This document shows positions 12,732-28,513 of a stretch of 64,000 nucleotides of DNA, in pieces. The notes under the pieces were generated by a model. The model made no database searches and was not told the origin of the DNA. It was given only the letters and a program-made list of their open reading frames with translations. The stretch spans positions 287,804,001 through 287,868,000 of the forward strand of contig OZ024741.1 in assembly GCA_964016885.1 (NCBI GenBank), given 5' to 3'. Numbering within the stretch: position 1 is the first letter of the stretch; each line of letters begins with the position of its first letter. The stretch is from Eledone cirrhosa (Eukaryota). The position numbers and the translations under genes were made by a program.

Positions 12732-12857
12732 TACATGGAACTCCTTTAACCATCTTTTGATCTTATATTATGTATACTCCAGTCCTACAAACTGTAGAGT
12801 GCTTCTTATCCGATATCTGCATTGCTTTATTGTACTACAATAAAACTCACCTCCTAC

Positions 12858-13032
<175 letters not shown>

Positions 13033-13345
13033 AGATTACATGAAACAAAGTTCTGTTTAAATCATTTATCTGCTTACAATTGTTTCTTCCAAACCGAGGT
13101 TTGGAGTCTTCGGAGCAATTATTCAGTGATTTTTAACATACTTGACCTCCTTTTCAACACAAGAGACATATAGAAACATATGTATATATTGACCCACAGT
13201 GGGTTGACATCCATTATAATAATATAGCATGGTAATTTACATACAAAGATTACAGTCATATTAAAGGACAAAATTAAAGTTAAAATTAAAATTAAAAATT
13301 AAAATTAAAATAAAACATGCCAATGTTTTATTTTAATTTTAATAA

Positions 13346-13394
13346 TTACTCCGAAGACCCCAAACCTCGGTTTGGAAGAAACAATTGTAAGCAG
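13346..13394 (+). ncRNA. Hammerhead-like motif with CCGAAGA core (U4>C); inverted copy at 13070-13118
   Basis: TT(A/G)CT-CCGAAGA-..CCAAAC CTCG GTTTGG..-GAAA-CAATTG-TA-AGCAG. Confidence 0.6.
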
Positions 13395-13431
13395 ATAAAT
13401 GATTTAAACAGAACTTTGTTTCATGTAATCT

Positions 13432-13884
13432 ACTAAGATAAAGCAAAAGGAAAGTTTGGAGTAGCCAGTGTATGCAACAGTCACACGTGTGGCATGCACG
13501 CGTGTCCTATTTATACAAGATTATAGTGCGGCAGATTGTTACAAGTAAAACAAGCAGTCAAAGCAGGCAATCAAGAGCATCATGGGGGTGAACTGGTTAA
13601 GCATTATTTACACACACCTGTACGATATAGAAGCCCGTGTGTGGAGAAACACCAAAATTATCAAAAATATTACAAATGAGAAACAAAATAGCACCACTGT
13701 CCTCGTACACACCACCACTCTCACAATCCAGGAAACGCAATTTATAGACTACATGCCCATATCACAATCCACGATGATTCAACATTGGGTGCCTGGTGAA
13801 CCATGCTAGAACATCACAGCTTGTCGTTCTTTAATTCGATTCATAGATCAGGTTGTTTTTGTTGTGAGAGATAAAATCGTATTA
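13432..13884. mobile_element. Unclassified ~450-bp insertion with a 13-bp target-site duplication
   Basis: TTTCATGTAATCT at 13419-13431 and 13885-13897. Confidence 0.6.
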
Positions 13885-14059
13885 TTTCATGTAATCTCTA
13901 TATAACTGCTCTGTAAAACAACCGATGTTGTTACATTGAGCTATTTATCTTACTGGTAATAAAATAGTAATAAATTACTGTCTTTCACTATTTAGGGTAT
14001 AATATATATATAACTATAAAAGGTTTTAGTATATACATAACCATAAATAGTATCCTTAA

Positions 14060-14152
<93 letters not shown>

Positions 14153-14193
14153 TATATATATTTAAATATATATATATATAAATATATATAAAT

Positions 14194-14228
<35 letters not shown>

Positions 14229-14612
14229 ATATATTAACAAATGGAAACTATATTTATAAAACCATATTTATTTCATTATACATATTTCAAGGACACCAAA
14301 GCAAATTATGGTGCGCTTTCATCAGATAAAATATAATATAGATCAGTTTTATAAACAAATATTGACATACCCTTAAAGAATGCGACCATGTCTGTTGGAA
14401 GCTCCCGGGAGCTTCCAACCGACATGGTCGTATTCTTTAAAAACTGATCTATATTATATTTTATCTGATGAAAGCGCACCATAATTTGTTTGGTGTCCTT
14501 GAAATATGCATAATGAAATAAATATGGTTTTATAAATATAGTTTCCATTTGTTAATATATTGTATTTTTACTCCAATAATTTGTTGAGTGCTTTATATCA
14601 GTTATAAAAATA
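14229..14612. mobile_element. Palindromic mini-PLE (related to the 10171-12335 family) with two HHRs
   Basis: Centre GCTCCCGGGAGC at 14401-14412; HHRs at 14271-14331 (-) and 14459-14518 (+); tail hairpin at 14569-14590. Confidence 0.85.
14459..14518 (+). ncRNA. Minimal hammerhead ribozyme (inverted copy at 14271-14331)
   Basis: TTTTAT-CTGATGA-..CACCA..TGGTG..-GAAA-TATGCA-TA-ATGAAA. Confidence 0.75.
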
Positions 14613-14720
14613 TTTGTTTGTCGATTAATTTACTCGTTATGCAAATTAGGCTGCTCAGCCGTTAATATGCATCAGAAAAGTATATACTTTCAGACGTTCA
14701 ACCATCTTGCAGGAAGGTAT

Positions 14721-14763
14721 ACGTTGCTGACGATAGCTAATAAGCTTGAAACTAGTACAGCGT
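14721..14763 (+). ncRNA. Minimal hammerhead ribozyme
   Basis: ACGTTG-CTGACGA-T-AGCT AATA AGCT-T-GAAA-CTAG-TA-CAGCGT. Confidence 0.85.
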
Positions 14764-15337
14764 TCCTTTGTCAGTGTTGAACAAATGAGCAACGATGGTT
14801 GTTAGACACTGTACGGGTTAATTCGGGATGTTTGTTTACAAACACACCGAGCATTATAATAAATGTTCGGTGAATCCATACGTACATATATATATGTGTG
14901 CATGTATGTATATATATATATATACATACTACTGTACGTCTGTATACATATATGTATGTACGTATACATACTTATATTTAAGTAACAGCCGTACTAAGAG
15001 TGAGAAATGAAATTTCGTTTCATTTTTTTCGTTTATCGTTTTCGGTAGCCCGGCCGATTAACTCACTCGATATGCAAATTAGGCTGCTTAGCCGTTAATA
15101 TGCATAAGGAAAGTATATACTTTCAGACGTTCAACCATCTGGCAGGAAGGTATACGTTGCTGGCGATAGCTAATAAGCTTGAAACTAGTACAGCGTTCCT
15201 TTGTCAGTGTTGAACAAATGAGCAACGATGGTTGCTAGACACTGTACGGCTTAATTCGGGATGTTTGTTTACAAACACACCGAGCATTATAATAAATGTT
15301 CGGTGAATCCATACGTACATATATATATGTGTGCATG

Positions 15338-15423
<86 letters not shown>

Positions 15424-15532
15424 TGTATGTACGTATACATACTTATATTTAAATAACAGTATATACATCCCGAATTAAACCGTACAGTGTCTAGCAACCA
15501 TCGTTGCTCATTTGTTCAACACTGACAAAGGA

Positions 15533-15575
15533 ACGCTGTACTAGTTTCAAGCTTATTAGCTATCGTCAGCAACGT
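15533..15575 (-). ncRNA. Minimal hammerhead ribozyme
   Basis: Same sequence as 14721-14763 on the minus strand. Confidence 0.85.
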
Positions 15576-16164
15576 ATACCTTCCTGCCAGATGGTTGAAC
15601 GTTTGAAAGTATATACTTTCCTTATGCATATTAACGGCTGAGCAGCCTAATTTGCATATCGTGTGAATTAATCGGCCAGGGTACCGAAAACGATAAACGG
15701 AAAAAATGAAACGAAATTTCATTTCTCACTCTTAGTACGGCTGTTACTTAAATATAAGTATGTACACGTACATACATATATGTATACAGACGTACAGTAG
15801 TATGTATATATATATATATACATACTAGACTTAGACTTGATCCTTTTAAAGGTCTCCGTGACATGTGGAAGGAAACAAGCAAGGTATTGTTAATATATGT
15901 GTCTTGTGACAATGTCACTGAGTCAATGTATGTGTGTGTGTCAGAGTGTACGTCAATGATTATGTCAATGTGTGTGTGTGTGTTACAATATGTGTGAGTT
16001 GTGGCTTGTATCAATGTTGGTATATGTGTGTTAGCTTGTCAATATATGTGCGTGTGCTAGAGTGTATGTCAGTGATTGTATCAATGTATATATGCGTGTG
16101 TGTGTGTGTGTCAGTGTTTATGTGATTGTCAATGTGTGTGTGTGTTAATGTCCTACATTTGTGA

Positions 16165-16440
16165 AGGTGTGTGACTTAGTGGCTAAGATCTTTGACTGAT
16201 GATCGTAAGATGATAAGTTCGATTTCCGGAGTGACATTGTGCCCTTGAGCAAGACACTTTATTTCACGTTGTTCCAGTCAAATAAGTTGGCAAAAATGTG
16301 TTTTACCTATCATTTCAAAAGAGGTAGACATTTCACACGCTGTCTCGCTGAATCTCCCTGAGACTTACATTAAGGATATACGTGTCTATTGGATGCTTCA
16401 CCACTTGAGCGTTGACTTCGAGAGTCGGCTGTTCAATCCT
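16165..16440 (+). mobile_element. Degenerate tRNA-derived SINE
   Basis: A-box-like TGACTTAGTGG, B-box GTTCGATT, core CCTTGAGCAAGACACTTTATTTCAC also seen at 38905-39205. Confidence 0.65.
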
Positions 16441-17349
16441 ACTTTGGACATAAACGAATGATTTGTTTTACTTCCATGTACTGAATATCAATTTGTTTAG
16501 AATATCTCGTCAGAGAAAATTTTCTTAGATTAGAATTTGTCGTTATACACTTGTATATCGTCTGCCCACGCGTGAGGGATTTTGTGGGTGGTCTAAATTC
16601 TTTGTGCAGGTGGTAATTAGATTAATAACATGTTAGAATCAATTTAGTAGTTAATTGAGGAGTAAGAAGTGGAAGAGAAAATATTTGACTGGTTCTTAGT
16701 TTAGAGGTTTCAGGTTTATAGTGTTAGTATCCATTTAAGTTTGTTTATAATAAGACCGTGTATGTGAGTAGTAATTATAGTGGCATATTGAGTTGGCTGC
16801 AAGTGAAAGCAGTGATGTATTATATGCATGTATTGAATTTGCCAAGTCGATGCTGGAAAATGAAAATAATATTATAAGATGTTCATGAATGCCTATCAAG
16901 ATTTAAGAGATAACTTGTGGCGAGGATCCGCATATGTATATGTATATATATACACCTATGAGATCCATTTAAGATCCAAAGTAGAAATTGAAATCTAATA
17001 AATTGATACACCGAAATTATTTTTTTCTCACACATTGAAACAAACATAAGTAGCACTGAATAAATGTAATTTTGAAAACATTTCCATAGTTTCTGTAATA
17101 ATTCCAATATCCTCCAAACAGTATTAACTCTGTTAAGGTATAATGGACCTAGAATGGACCTAGGAAGTCACATTCACGAAGGTTTCACACGACGACAAAC
17201 CCTGTACCAACAACTTTGCATTGAGTCCACATACCCTTTGGTAAGTCACCTTAAAATTTCGTTGTTTGCATCTATACTTACATCCACCAACACTACCGAA
17301 ACGGTTAATGAATAGTTGTTTGTGTGAACTAGAACCTTTGAAGTAAGAA

Positions 17350-17423
<74 letters not shown>

Positions 17424-17446
17424 CCATACATATATATATATACACA

Positions 17447-17859
17447 TCTATATATATAAACTTGTAGATCCTGCCTGTTTGTTTGTCTGTTTGTCTGATT
17501 GTTTGTTCACGAACTCCTCCTATGGTTTTGGAGATAGACCCCCTCCCCCCATAACCATATATATTCTGAAACTACATTGCACAGGGTACTTGGATAAGTA
17601 TATTTCGTTTTAATCAAAGGGTTCCCTGAGGGCACAAACCCCCGCTGAAAATTGTTTCCCTTCGATTTATATGAAATTTAAACCATAGGTAAATGACAAG
17701 ATATGATGCCTATTCACAAAATTTATGCAAATTTCAATAATATTAAAACACCCTAATGGAGTTTTTCTCCATAAATTATATCACTGATTTAAAATCAATC
17801 ATCATTTTCTTACAAAAAAAAGTGTGTGAAACGCAGCAAGGCGCGGGTAATTCGGCTAG
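17447..17859 (+). mobile_element. Non-autonomous Helitron (~410 bp)
   Basis: A|TCTATATATATAAA start resembling 3673; 3' CGCAGCAAGGCGCG hairpin and CTAG|T. Confidence 0.8.
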
Positions 17860-18581
17860 TATATTTATGTATTTTGTGTTACTTGGAATTGTACAAATTA
17901 TTGTAAAGTTTGTTAAAAAATTTGTTCTCTGTTCAACCTTTATTGTTGTAACTATCAATTTTCTTTAACGTACTAGCTGAGAAAAGAAACCTACAATGAA
18001 AGAACATCTTAAAGTTTACCCAAGCCAAATGTATTTATTAACATTTCTATCTGCAGGTTCTTAGCAAGCTTACTGGCGCTTTAGTATGGTATTCAACTCT
18101 CATATCGTTTTTGATTGATATGGTGCATATATCGCAGCTATTCATATGTTTTAAACATTAGATAACGATTGCTGATGTATATTGTACGACAGAATTAGCT
18201 GAAAAATAAAAGATATATAAAAGAGAGATGTTAGTTGGTTGGCCCCTTCGCGTATCACACGAAAAAAAACGAAAAGTGACAATCGGAAAGTATGTACTGG
18301 ATTGGGATAAGAGTATATCCAGGAAAGTTTATTGATACTAATTTGATAACACCAAAGAAGAAGAAAGACATGCCACGTATGCTACCCAAACTGACTGCTA
18401 TTTCTAGCAGGTTGGGAATCAACCATAAGGGATTCTCTCTGCGAGTTCGTTGTCAGTGATGATCGTGTTTCGCGCCTATGTCTCCGATTCCAACAGTGGT
18501 TTACACACACACACACACACGAACACTCACACACACACACACACACACACACACGAACACTCACACACACAGACACACACA

Positions 18582-18662
<81 letters not shown>

Positions 18663-18802
18663 TAAACAAGATAATGCATTCAATACAGACGTTTTCTCTT
18701 TTGCAAGAGATGTCAACATGAATAGACCTGTTATTTTTATCTAAAAACATTTTTTCCAATCCATGCCGCCCGTCCCCTCAATCTATTTTATTTCTCATTC
18801 GT

Positions 18803-18838
18803 TCTTCTGATGAAGGACTAGCGTCCGAAACGTTAAGA
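18803..18838 (+). ncRNA. Minimal hammerhead ribozyme (isolated repeat remnant)
   Basis: TCTT-CTGATGA-A-GGAC TAGC GTCC-GAAACGTT-AAGA. Confidence 0.7.
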
Positions 18839-18919
18839 CCCTCTTATATCAAGCGTTAACCTAATATATCCCTTCCATATACTGTACCGATTGTGTTGTT
18901 ATTTCTGTTTACCTTTTAC

Positions 18920-18986
<67 letters not shown>

Positions 18987-19171
18987 GATAAATCTACCAA
19001 GAGTTTACGGTAGTGTCCAATCCGTATGAAGAACTCAATGTATTCCGGATATCATGGAAAGAAGAGATGTAATGAAAAACCACTTTCGGTGAAAGATAAA
19101 CGGTATACAGAGTCAAGATAAAATATTAAACAAATAATGAATAAACAATTCCTTATATTAAACAAAAAAAG

Positions 19172-19326
19172 TTCATTATTTAACGATCGTTTCTAGGATA
19201 TATATGTGTTAGAATTGGTATGCATATTCAACAGATCTATGTACAAAATTATACAAAATTATACAAATTATCAAGATTAAATATACATACCAAACACATA
19301 TATACGCCGTCTTCAGAAATAATGAA
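19172..19326 (-). ncRNA. Hammerhead ribozyme with a long stem II
   Basis: Inverted copy of 30941-31095. Confidence 0.75.
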
Positions 19327-20011
19327 GTATATTTATTGATAATAACAACAATTCAAAATTTCAGTTCAAAATTGACCAATGAAAACACAAAGGGTTAAAT
19401 GCAGTTCGGTGTGTGTATATACATGTAAAACCCTTACACATATTTTACAAAAATGTATGTATAATTTGTATACGCATACTAAAAGGATGGATGCAAATAC
19501 AAAATTTCAAGGTTAATGTCTCTGTAAGCTTACAATGCGCAGATAAGATGCTTATTGACACTTATGAAGTCAAGTATATAAATATATTTTTTCATACTCA
19601 CACATATCCGTACAATCACACATACACGCGCGTATATGCATAAATATACACATAACCACGAACATACAAACACACACACACCCCCACTCACATTTATATA
19701 TGTGGATATAAAATCATAAGCACATGGATATTAATTCACTCACATAAAACACTGGCACACACATTTTTAGATCAAGATACAGAAATTAGGTGGGAGGGGG
19801 GGGAGGGGTCAGTATTCAACTGTCTGAGCAGACTGCCTAATATAAATGTATCTATAAACTAAGAAAAATAAAAAAATAAAACAATAAAATAAAATATAAT
19901 AAATAAAACATTAAAGAGGAAAGAATAGAAAGAAAAACAGAAAAAAGAAAAAAGAAAAAAGAAAAAAGAAATATATCAAGAAAATAAATATATATATATA
20001 TACACATATAT

Positions 20012-20057
<46 letters not shown>

Positions 20058-20262
20058 ATATATATATATACAAAAACATACATATATATACACATAGACA
20101 CACACATATCCATACATAAATATACACACATATATAAACACATACATACATATACACACATCCACACTAAGAACATACATATACACACATATATAAACAT
20201 ATACATATACACACATACATACATATACACATATACATACAAATACACATACATATATATAT

Positions 20263-20310
<48 letters not shown>

Positions 20311-20691
20311 ATGTACATACACGTACATATACACACACATATACATATAATTAGACATACTATATAGACACAGATATATATAACCACACACATACACATG
20401 CACATATACAACACTTACATACTAATATACATACAGATATACACATACATAGCTATATATACACACAAATATATACAGACTTACATATATACACATACAG
20501 ACAAATACTTACGCATCTATATATCGGTATATACATACAAACACCACTACACTATCACACAACTTAGAAATACAAAGAGAAAGGTATATACCTATACACA
20601 CCTACATATACAAATAGAAAAACATATAGATATATATATATATATATATATATACATACACACACATATACACATAGATATATATATATAA

Positions 20692-20733
<42 letters not shown>

Positions 20734-20973
20734 CAAATACACATACATACACATACAGATATATACACATACATACATGTACACACACATAGAAATATTT
20801 ACGCATACACACATACACACATACATATACAGTCATACACACACATACACCTACACGAACATACACATACACATATATAAAGATATATATATACACACAC
20901 ACACACGCAACACATACACACATACACATATATATAAAAAATAAATAATAAAGATATATACATATATATATAT

Positions 20974-21026
<53 letters not shown>

Positions 21027-21101
21027 CACCTAAATATACATACACATACATACACACATACATAGACATACATGTACATACATATACGTACATCGATATA
21101 C

Positions 21102-21132
<31 letters not shown>

Positions 21133-21406
21133 TAGACATATAGATACATACACACACAACTTACATACACACATATATATACATGTATATTCATACATAG
21201 AATTAGATATATAATCATACATACATATGCACTTACTTATACTCATATATACAAATACATACGCATCCATATATGCGTATATACATAAAAAACCACTACA
21301 ACCTCACTTAACTCAGACATACAAATAAAAATAATAATAAAAAGGCATATGTATATACATACACATACGCATTAATAGAGATATATATATACACACATAC
21401 ATACAC

Positions 21407-21437
<31 letters not shown>

Positions 21438-21710
21438 TATATATATATATACACACACATACACTCATACATATATATATATATATACACATAGATACCC
21501 ACACACTCATACCACCATAAATACACATACAAACACCCACATATACATATATATACACACGTATATATATATATATATATATACACACACATAAAAAACA
21601 GACATGCACATATATATATATTTTTTTACACTTATATATACACATATTATATACACATACACAACCTCACTTATACACACATACACATAAGTTATATTAT
21701 AATAATAAAG

Positions 21711-21759
<49 letters not shown>

Positions 21760-21849
21760 CATACATACATATATATACATACATACATATAAACATATAC
21801 ATACATAAATACACACATACGAATATAGACATATATTCACACATAGACA

Positions 21850-21902
<53 letters not shown>

Positions 21903-23567
21903 ATATACACAGACACATATACACACTCACATATATATATGTGTGTGTGTGCACACACACATATATACACACATACACATATATACACATAAACACATAC
22001 ATATGCATACATGCACACACACACACATATATCACATAGATACGAAGATAGACATATAAATAGAGAGACATACATATATATACAACACACATACACACAC
22101 ATACATACACACGCATATACATATACATATATATATACATATACATATTCCTATATATACATGCATACATATATATACACATATATACACATACATACAC
22201 ATATACGTACACACATTCACATACACATACATATATACATGCATATATACACATATATACATACATACACACACTCATATATACATACACAATCTTACAT
22301 TCATATTTGCATGCGCATATATGTATTTTTATATTTAGATATAAATACCCAAACCTATATAGACACCTACCTACATATATATTCATACATAGACGCTTAC
22401 AAATACAGATGATAATAGTATGGGGGAAAGGGGGGGTTTGGAGAAGGGGATCAAAGTAAATATATGTTTCAAGAAACATAGAATATTTTCCGTATCTTTA
22501 TCCAATGTATGTTCTTACATATTTTCAGTGTTAGGAAATACAACAAACAAGAACTAAGGCAAAATCTATGCATCTCAAAATAAACAAGTATACCATTAAT
22601 CATATGTTAACTAAACCAAAGATAGTTAACATATTGATTTCTAAGGTGTAAATTAGTTAGGTTTATAATATTTGAAGCAGAATTTTGAAGTTAAACAGTA
22701 GTAGAGTATTAATTACAGTATAACTAAATTAAAGTTAATAACGTTATGGTATCAATATTAGGAAATGAATTTAGTAATAGGGAAAAAAAACACAAATAAA
22801 AATAAAATAAAGTATTACATCGGTAGTAGAATATAAATTATAGGTTAACTAAATTAAAAATTATATATTTATTTCAATAGTATATGTTAATTAGGTATAC
22901 AATACATAAAGCAGATATTGTATTTCATCAATAGCATAATATAATTATAAGCAAATAGAAATCAAAATTAATACGCATACATATACATATACATACACAT
23001 ACATATATACATATATATACACACATATATATATATATATACACATATATACACATATACATACACACACACACACATACACATACACATATACATATAC
23101 ATATCTTTTTCAAAAAATTGCATAGAATATATTAACTAGGTATATATCCAAAACACATCCCATTCTATGATTACATGACATTCTGCAATTCGTCTGTATA
23201 AGGATACTAATTTTAAGCAAATTAAAATTAAAATTTTTAGGTTGATTAAAACTAAAACCAAATTATAAATATATTTCTAAAATGTATATTAATTAGGTCT
23301 ATAATACTAAAAATTATTTCTCTGTCATTGGATACACGATATTATTTTGTTATATTTTATCTGTAAAAGAATTATAATAAAAAGGTTTAAATAAATTAAA
23401 ATTAATCTATAAATTAAATTACTAAGTATATATTAGTAATATTTAAAGGTTTTTCACAATTTATGATTACATAATATTTTATATTCTCATCTGTAATAAA
23501 ATTTTAATTAAATTAAATTTATAGGTTAACTAACATTTAAATTAAATTAATTTCTAAAATAATGTTA

Positions 23568-25199
23568 TTAATTAGGTTTATAATATTTAAATGTTTTTTT
23601 TAGTTTATGATTACACGATATAATTAATTCCTGTCGTTTATTTAATAAGATATCCTTAGACTTCATTATTTCAAATAGTTCTTGGGAACATAATCTACAT
23701 TCATTTCTATTATTTTGATAAGGGGTGGCTCTTTTGAGCACACTCCAGGTCAAATCATATTTTATATTCTTATTTTTATAACTATTGATTTTTTCTGCTA
23801 GAGATGTTGTATTAGCCAGTGCGGCATTTTAAAAAAAATGCTTGTGGGTATTAAACCTTGTCTTAAAATTGTTAGAGGTAGCTCCTATATATGAGCAAAT
23901 AGAATCTTTAGTTTTAACATTACATTTATAGACTATGTTGTTAACAAGACAATTCCCTTTTAATGGGCAGTTTGCTTTGTTTCTACAGTTACATCCTTTC
24001 GTTAATTCTGTATTTGAGGAGATATTATGGTTAATTTGATGTACTGGTGGTATACTTATGGTTTTCTTACATTTATATGCATTATATGCACTTATATTTT
24101 GTTTTATGTTATTTGTTGTAGAGTATGAGAATTTAACTGTAGACCTATTTAAGATTTGATGGTATTTGTGGTTTGGCGGGAAGTTTTTCTCAAGGATATA
24201 AAAAAAATTTTTAGCAATATTATCCTTAACTTGTAAATTAAAAGGAGCATTATACCAAGTAACCCGTCTATTACGGTTTCTATGTTGTTTATTATTTTTA
24301 TTATTTTTATAGGTTGTATCGTGATTTTTACTAGGAGGATTAATGTTAATGATCTCACCACAACTATTTTTAGTTATATTTGTAGATTTAGGTGTTTTAT
24401 CCTTTTTATTAGGAGTTTTATTATTAATATTTATTATAGTTGTATGATGAGTATTTTTTTGAGAGTTACTATACTTTATATTAGAAGATTTGGTATTTTG
24501 GGGTATAGTGTGGGTGGCATTTAGGTGTGTACTTTTCATTTGGTGTTTGTTGGTAATATTATGTTGTATGCTTTCAGTATTTTTAGTAGAAGGTATATAC
24601 TCTAATCTATTTTTGTGGCCACTTCTATCTAGAGCTTCGTTATAGAAGGTCGCATTTTTATCAAATACATCTTGGTTAGAAGAAAGGTTAGAAATTCTAA
24701 GTGATATATTATATGCAAGGTTTTTAAGGATAGATTTAGGGTGATTAGATTGTGAGTGTATGTAATGTAAGTTTTGGTTAGGTTTATGGTAAGGTTGGTA
24801 GATACCCGTAGCTAAATCTAAAGTTATATCTAGGAAATTTACTACTTTACTTGTTTTTTCAAAAGTAATATTAAGATTATAATAGTCTTTAAGGAAAGTT
24901 CTAATATGTTTTTTGTTTTTTTCAATTTCTGAAAGGCTAAGGTTGTTAGAAAGAAGAAGACAGTCATCACGATATAAACCACCTTTGAGGTGGGGAAAAG
25001 AGGCATTTATGTTGAAAAGGAGAAAGAGGCCCACAAGATCAGTAATTTGGGCGGAATCGCTTGAACCCATAGTAATATCAAAAAGATTACTGTATGTGTT
25101 TCTGGTCCAGTATTCATTCTGAAATTCAATAAGTGTTAGTCTAGCATGTGTAATAATGTTAATGTCATCCAAAGTTAAGTTAGATATATTAGTTAACAT
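23568..25199 (-). pseudogene. PLE RT (5'-truncated) plus GIY-YIG endonuclease, with a frameshift at a poly-T run
   Basis: FDITMGS, GLYRDD, VNFLDITL, CNC-X5-CPL-X3-C linker, NIVYKC..YIGAT, CRLC..E, CNH. Confidence 0.9.
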
Positions 25200-26787
25200 T
25201 ATTACACATGCTAGACTAACACTTATTGAATTTCAGAATGAATACTGGACCAGAAACACATACAGTAATCTTTTTGATATTACTATGGGTTCAAGCGATT
25301 CCGCCCAAATTACTGATCTTGTGGGCCTCTTTCTCCTTTTCAACATAAATGCCTCTTTTCCCCACCTCAAAGGTGGTTTATATCGTGATGACTGTCTTCT
25401 TCTTTCTAACAACCTTAGCCTTTCAGAAATTGAAAAAAACAAAAAACATATTAGAACTTTCCTTAAAGACTATTATAATCTTAATATTACTTTTGAAAAA
25501 ACAAGTAAAGTAGTAAATTTCCTAGATATAACTTTAGATTTAGCTACGGGTATCTACCAACCTTACCATAAACCTAACCAAAACTTACATTACATACACT
25601 CACAATCTAATCACCCTAAATCTATCCTTAAAAACCTTGCATATAATATATCACTTAGAATTTCTAACCTTTCTTCTAACCAAGATGTATTTGATAAAAA
25701 TGCGACCTTCTATAACGAAGCTCTAGATAGAAGTGGCCACAAAAATAGATTAGAGTATATACCTTCTACTAAAAATACTGAAAGCATACAACATAATATT
25801 ACCAACAAACACCAAATGAAAAGTACACACCTAAATGCCACCCACACTATACCCCAAAATACCAAATCTTCTAATATAAAGTATAGTAACTCTCAAAAAA
25901 ATACTCATCATACAACTATAATAAATATTAATAATAAAACTCCTAATAAAAAGGATAAAACACCTAAATCTACAAATATAACTAAAAATAGTTGTGGTGA
26001 GATCATTAACATTAATCCTCCTAGTAAAAATCACGATACAACCTATAAAAATAATAAAAATAATAAACAACATAGAAACCGTAATAGACGGGTTACTTGG
26101 TATAATGCTCCTTTTAATTTACAAGTTAAGGATAATATTGCTAAAAATTTTTTTTATATCCTTGAGAAAAACTTCCCGCCAAACCACAAATACCATCAAA
26201 TCTTAAATAGGTCTACAGTTAAATTCTCATACTCTACAACAAATAACATAAAACAAAATATAAGTGCATATAATGCATATAAATGTAAGAAAACCATAAG
26301 TATACCACCAGTACATCAAATTAACCATAATATCTCCTCAAATACAGAATTAACGAAAGGATGTAACTGTAGAAACAAAGCAAACTGCCCATTAAAAGGG
26401 AATTGTCTTGTTAACAACATAGTCTATAAATGTAATGTTAAAACTAAAGATTCTATTTGCTCATATATAGGAGCTACCTCTAACAATTTTAAGACAAGGT
26501 TTAATACCCACAAGCATTTTTTTTAAAATGCCGCACTGGCTAATACAACATCTCTAGCAGAAAAAATCAATAGTTATAAAAATAAGAATATAAAATATGA
26601 TTTGACCTGGAGTGTGCTCAAAAGAGCCACCCCTTATCAAAATAATAGAAATGAATGTAGATTATGTTCCCAAGAACTATTTGAAATAATGAAGTCTAAG
26701 GATATCTTATTAAATAAACGACAGGAATTAATTATATCGTGTAATCATAAACTAAAAAAAACATTTAAATATTATAAACCTAATTAA
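25199..26787 (+). pseudogene. Inverted duplicate of the PLE RT plus GIY-YIG
   Basis: Protein identical to the minus-strand copy from NIITHARL onward; same frameshift at ~26517-26524. Confidence 0.9.
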
Positions 26788-28454
26788 TAACATTATTTTA
26801 GAAATTAATTTAATTTAAATGTTAGTTAACCTATAAATTTAATTTAATTAAAATTTTATTACAGATGAGAATATAAAATATTATGTAATCATAAATTGTG
26901 AAAAACCTTTAAATATTACTAATATATACTTAGTAATTTAATTTATAGATTAATTTTAATTTATTTAAACCTTTTTATTATAATTCTTTTACAGATAAAA
27001 TATAACAAAATAATATCGTGTATCCAATGACAGAGAAATAATTTTTAGTATTATAGACCTAATTAATATACATTTTAGAAATATATTTATAATTTGGTTT
27101 TAGTTTTAATCAACCTAAAAATTTTAATTTTAATTTGCTTAAAATTAGTATCCTTATACAGACGAATTGCAGAATGTCATGTAATCATAGAATGGGATGT
27201 GTTTTGGATATATACCTAGTTAATATATTCTATGCAATTTTTTGAAAAAGATATGTATATGTATATGTGTATGTGTATGTGTGTGTGTGTGTATGTATAT
27301 GTGTATATATGTGTATATATATATATATGTGTGTGTATATATATGTATATATGTATGTGTATGTATATGTATATGTATGCGTATTAATTTTGATTTCTAT
27401 TTGCTTATAATTATATTATGCTATTGATGAAATACAATATCTGCTTTATGTATTGTATACCTAATTAACATATACTATTGAAATAAATATATAATTTTTA
27501 ATTTAGTTAACCTATAATTTATATTCTACTACCGATGTAATACTTTATTTTATTTTTATTTGTGTTTTTTTTCCCTATTACTAAATTCATTTCCTAATAT
27601 TGATACCATAACGTTATTAACTTTAATTTAGTTATACTGTAATTAATACTCTACTACTGTTTAACTTCAAAATTCTGCTTCAAATATTATAAACCTAACT
27701 AATTTACACCTTAGAAATCAATATGTTAACTATCTTTGGTTTAGTTAACATATGATTAATGGTATACTTGTTTATTTTGAGATGCATAGATTTTGCCTTA
27801 GTTCTTGTTTGTTGTATTTCCTAACACTGAAAATATGTAAGAACATACATTGGATAAAGATACGGAAAATATTCTATGTTTCTTGAAACATATATTTACT
27901 TTGATCCCCTTCTCCAAACCCCCCCCCTTTCCCCCATACTATTATCATCTGTATTTGTAAGCGTCTATGTATGAATATATATGTAGGTAGGTGTCTATAT
28001 AGGTTTGGGTATTTATATCTAAATATAAAAATACATATATGCGCATGCAAATATGAATGTAAGATTGTGTATGTATATATGAGTGTGTGTATGTATGTAT
28101 ATATGTGTATATATGCATGTATATATGTATGTGTATGTGAATGTGTGTACGTATATGTGTATGTATGTGTATATATGTGTATATATATGTATGCATGTAT
28201 ATATAGGAATATGTATATGTATATATATATGTATATGTATATGCGTGTGTATGTATGTGTGTGTATGTGTGTTGTATATATATGTATGTCTCTCTATTTA
28301 TATGTCTATCTTCGTATCTATGTGATATATGTGTGTGTGTGTGCATGTATGCATATGTATGTGTTTATGTGTATATATGTGTATGTGTGTATATATGTGT
28401 GTGTGCACACACACACATATATATATGTGAGTGTGTATATGTGTCTGTGTATAT

Positions 28455-28513
<59 letters not shown>

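Larger units (their letters stand above)
14620..15825. mobile_element. Retrozyme-like array: two tandem ~433-bp HHR units (+) and one inverted unit (-)
   Basis: HHRs at 14721-14763, 15154-15196 (core mutated to CTGGCGA) and 15533-15575 (-); non-coding. Confidence 0.8.

Noticed and set aside
25156-25198. Apparent start of the 456-aa plus-strand ORF (MLMSSKVKLDILV)
   Set aside because: Antisense read-through of the palindrome spacer; the RT is 5'-truncated
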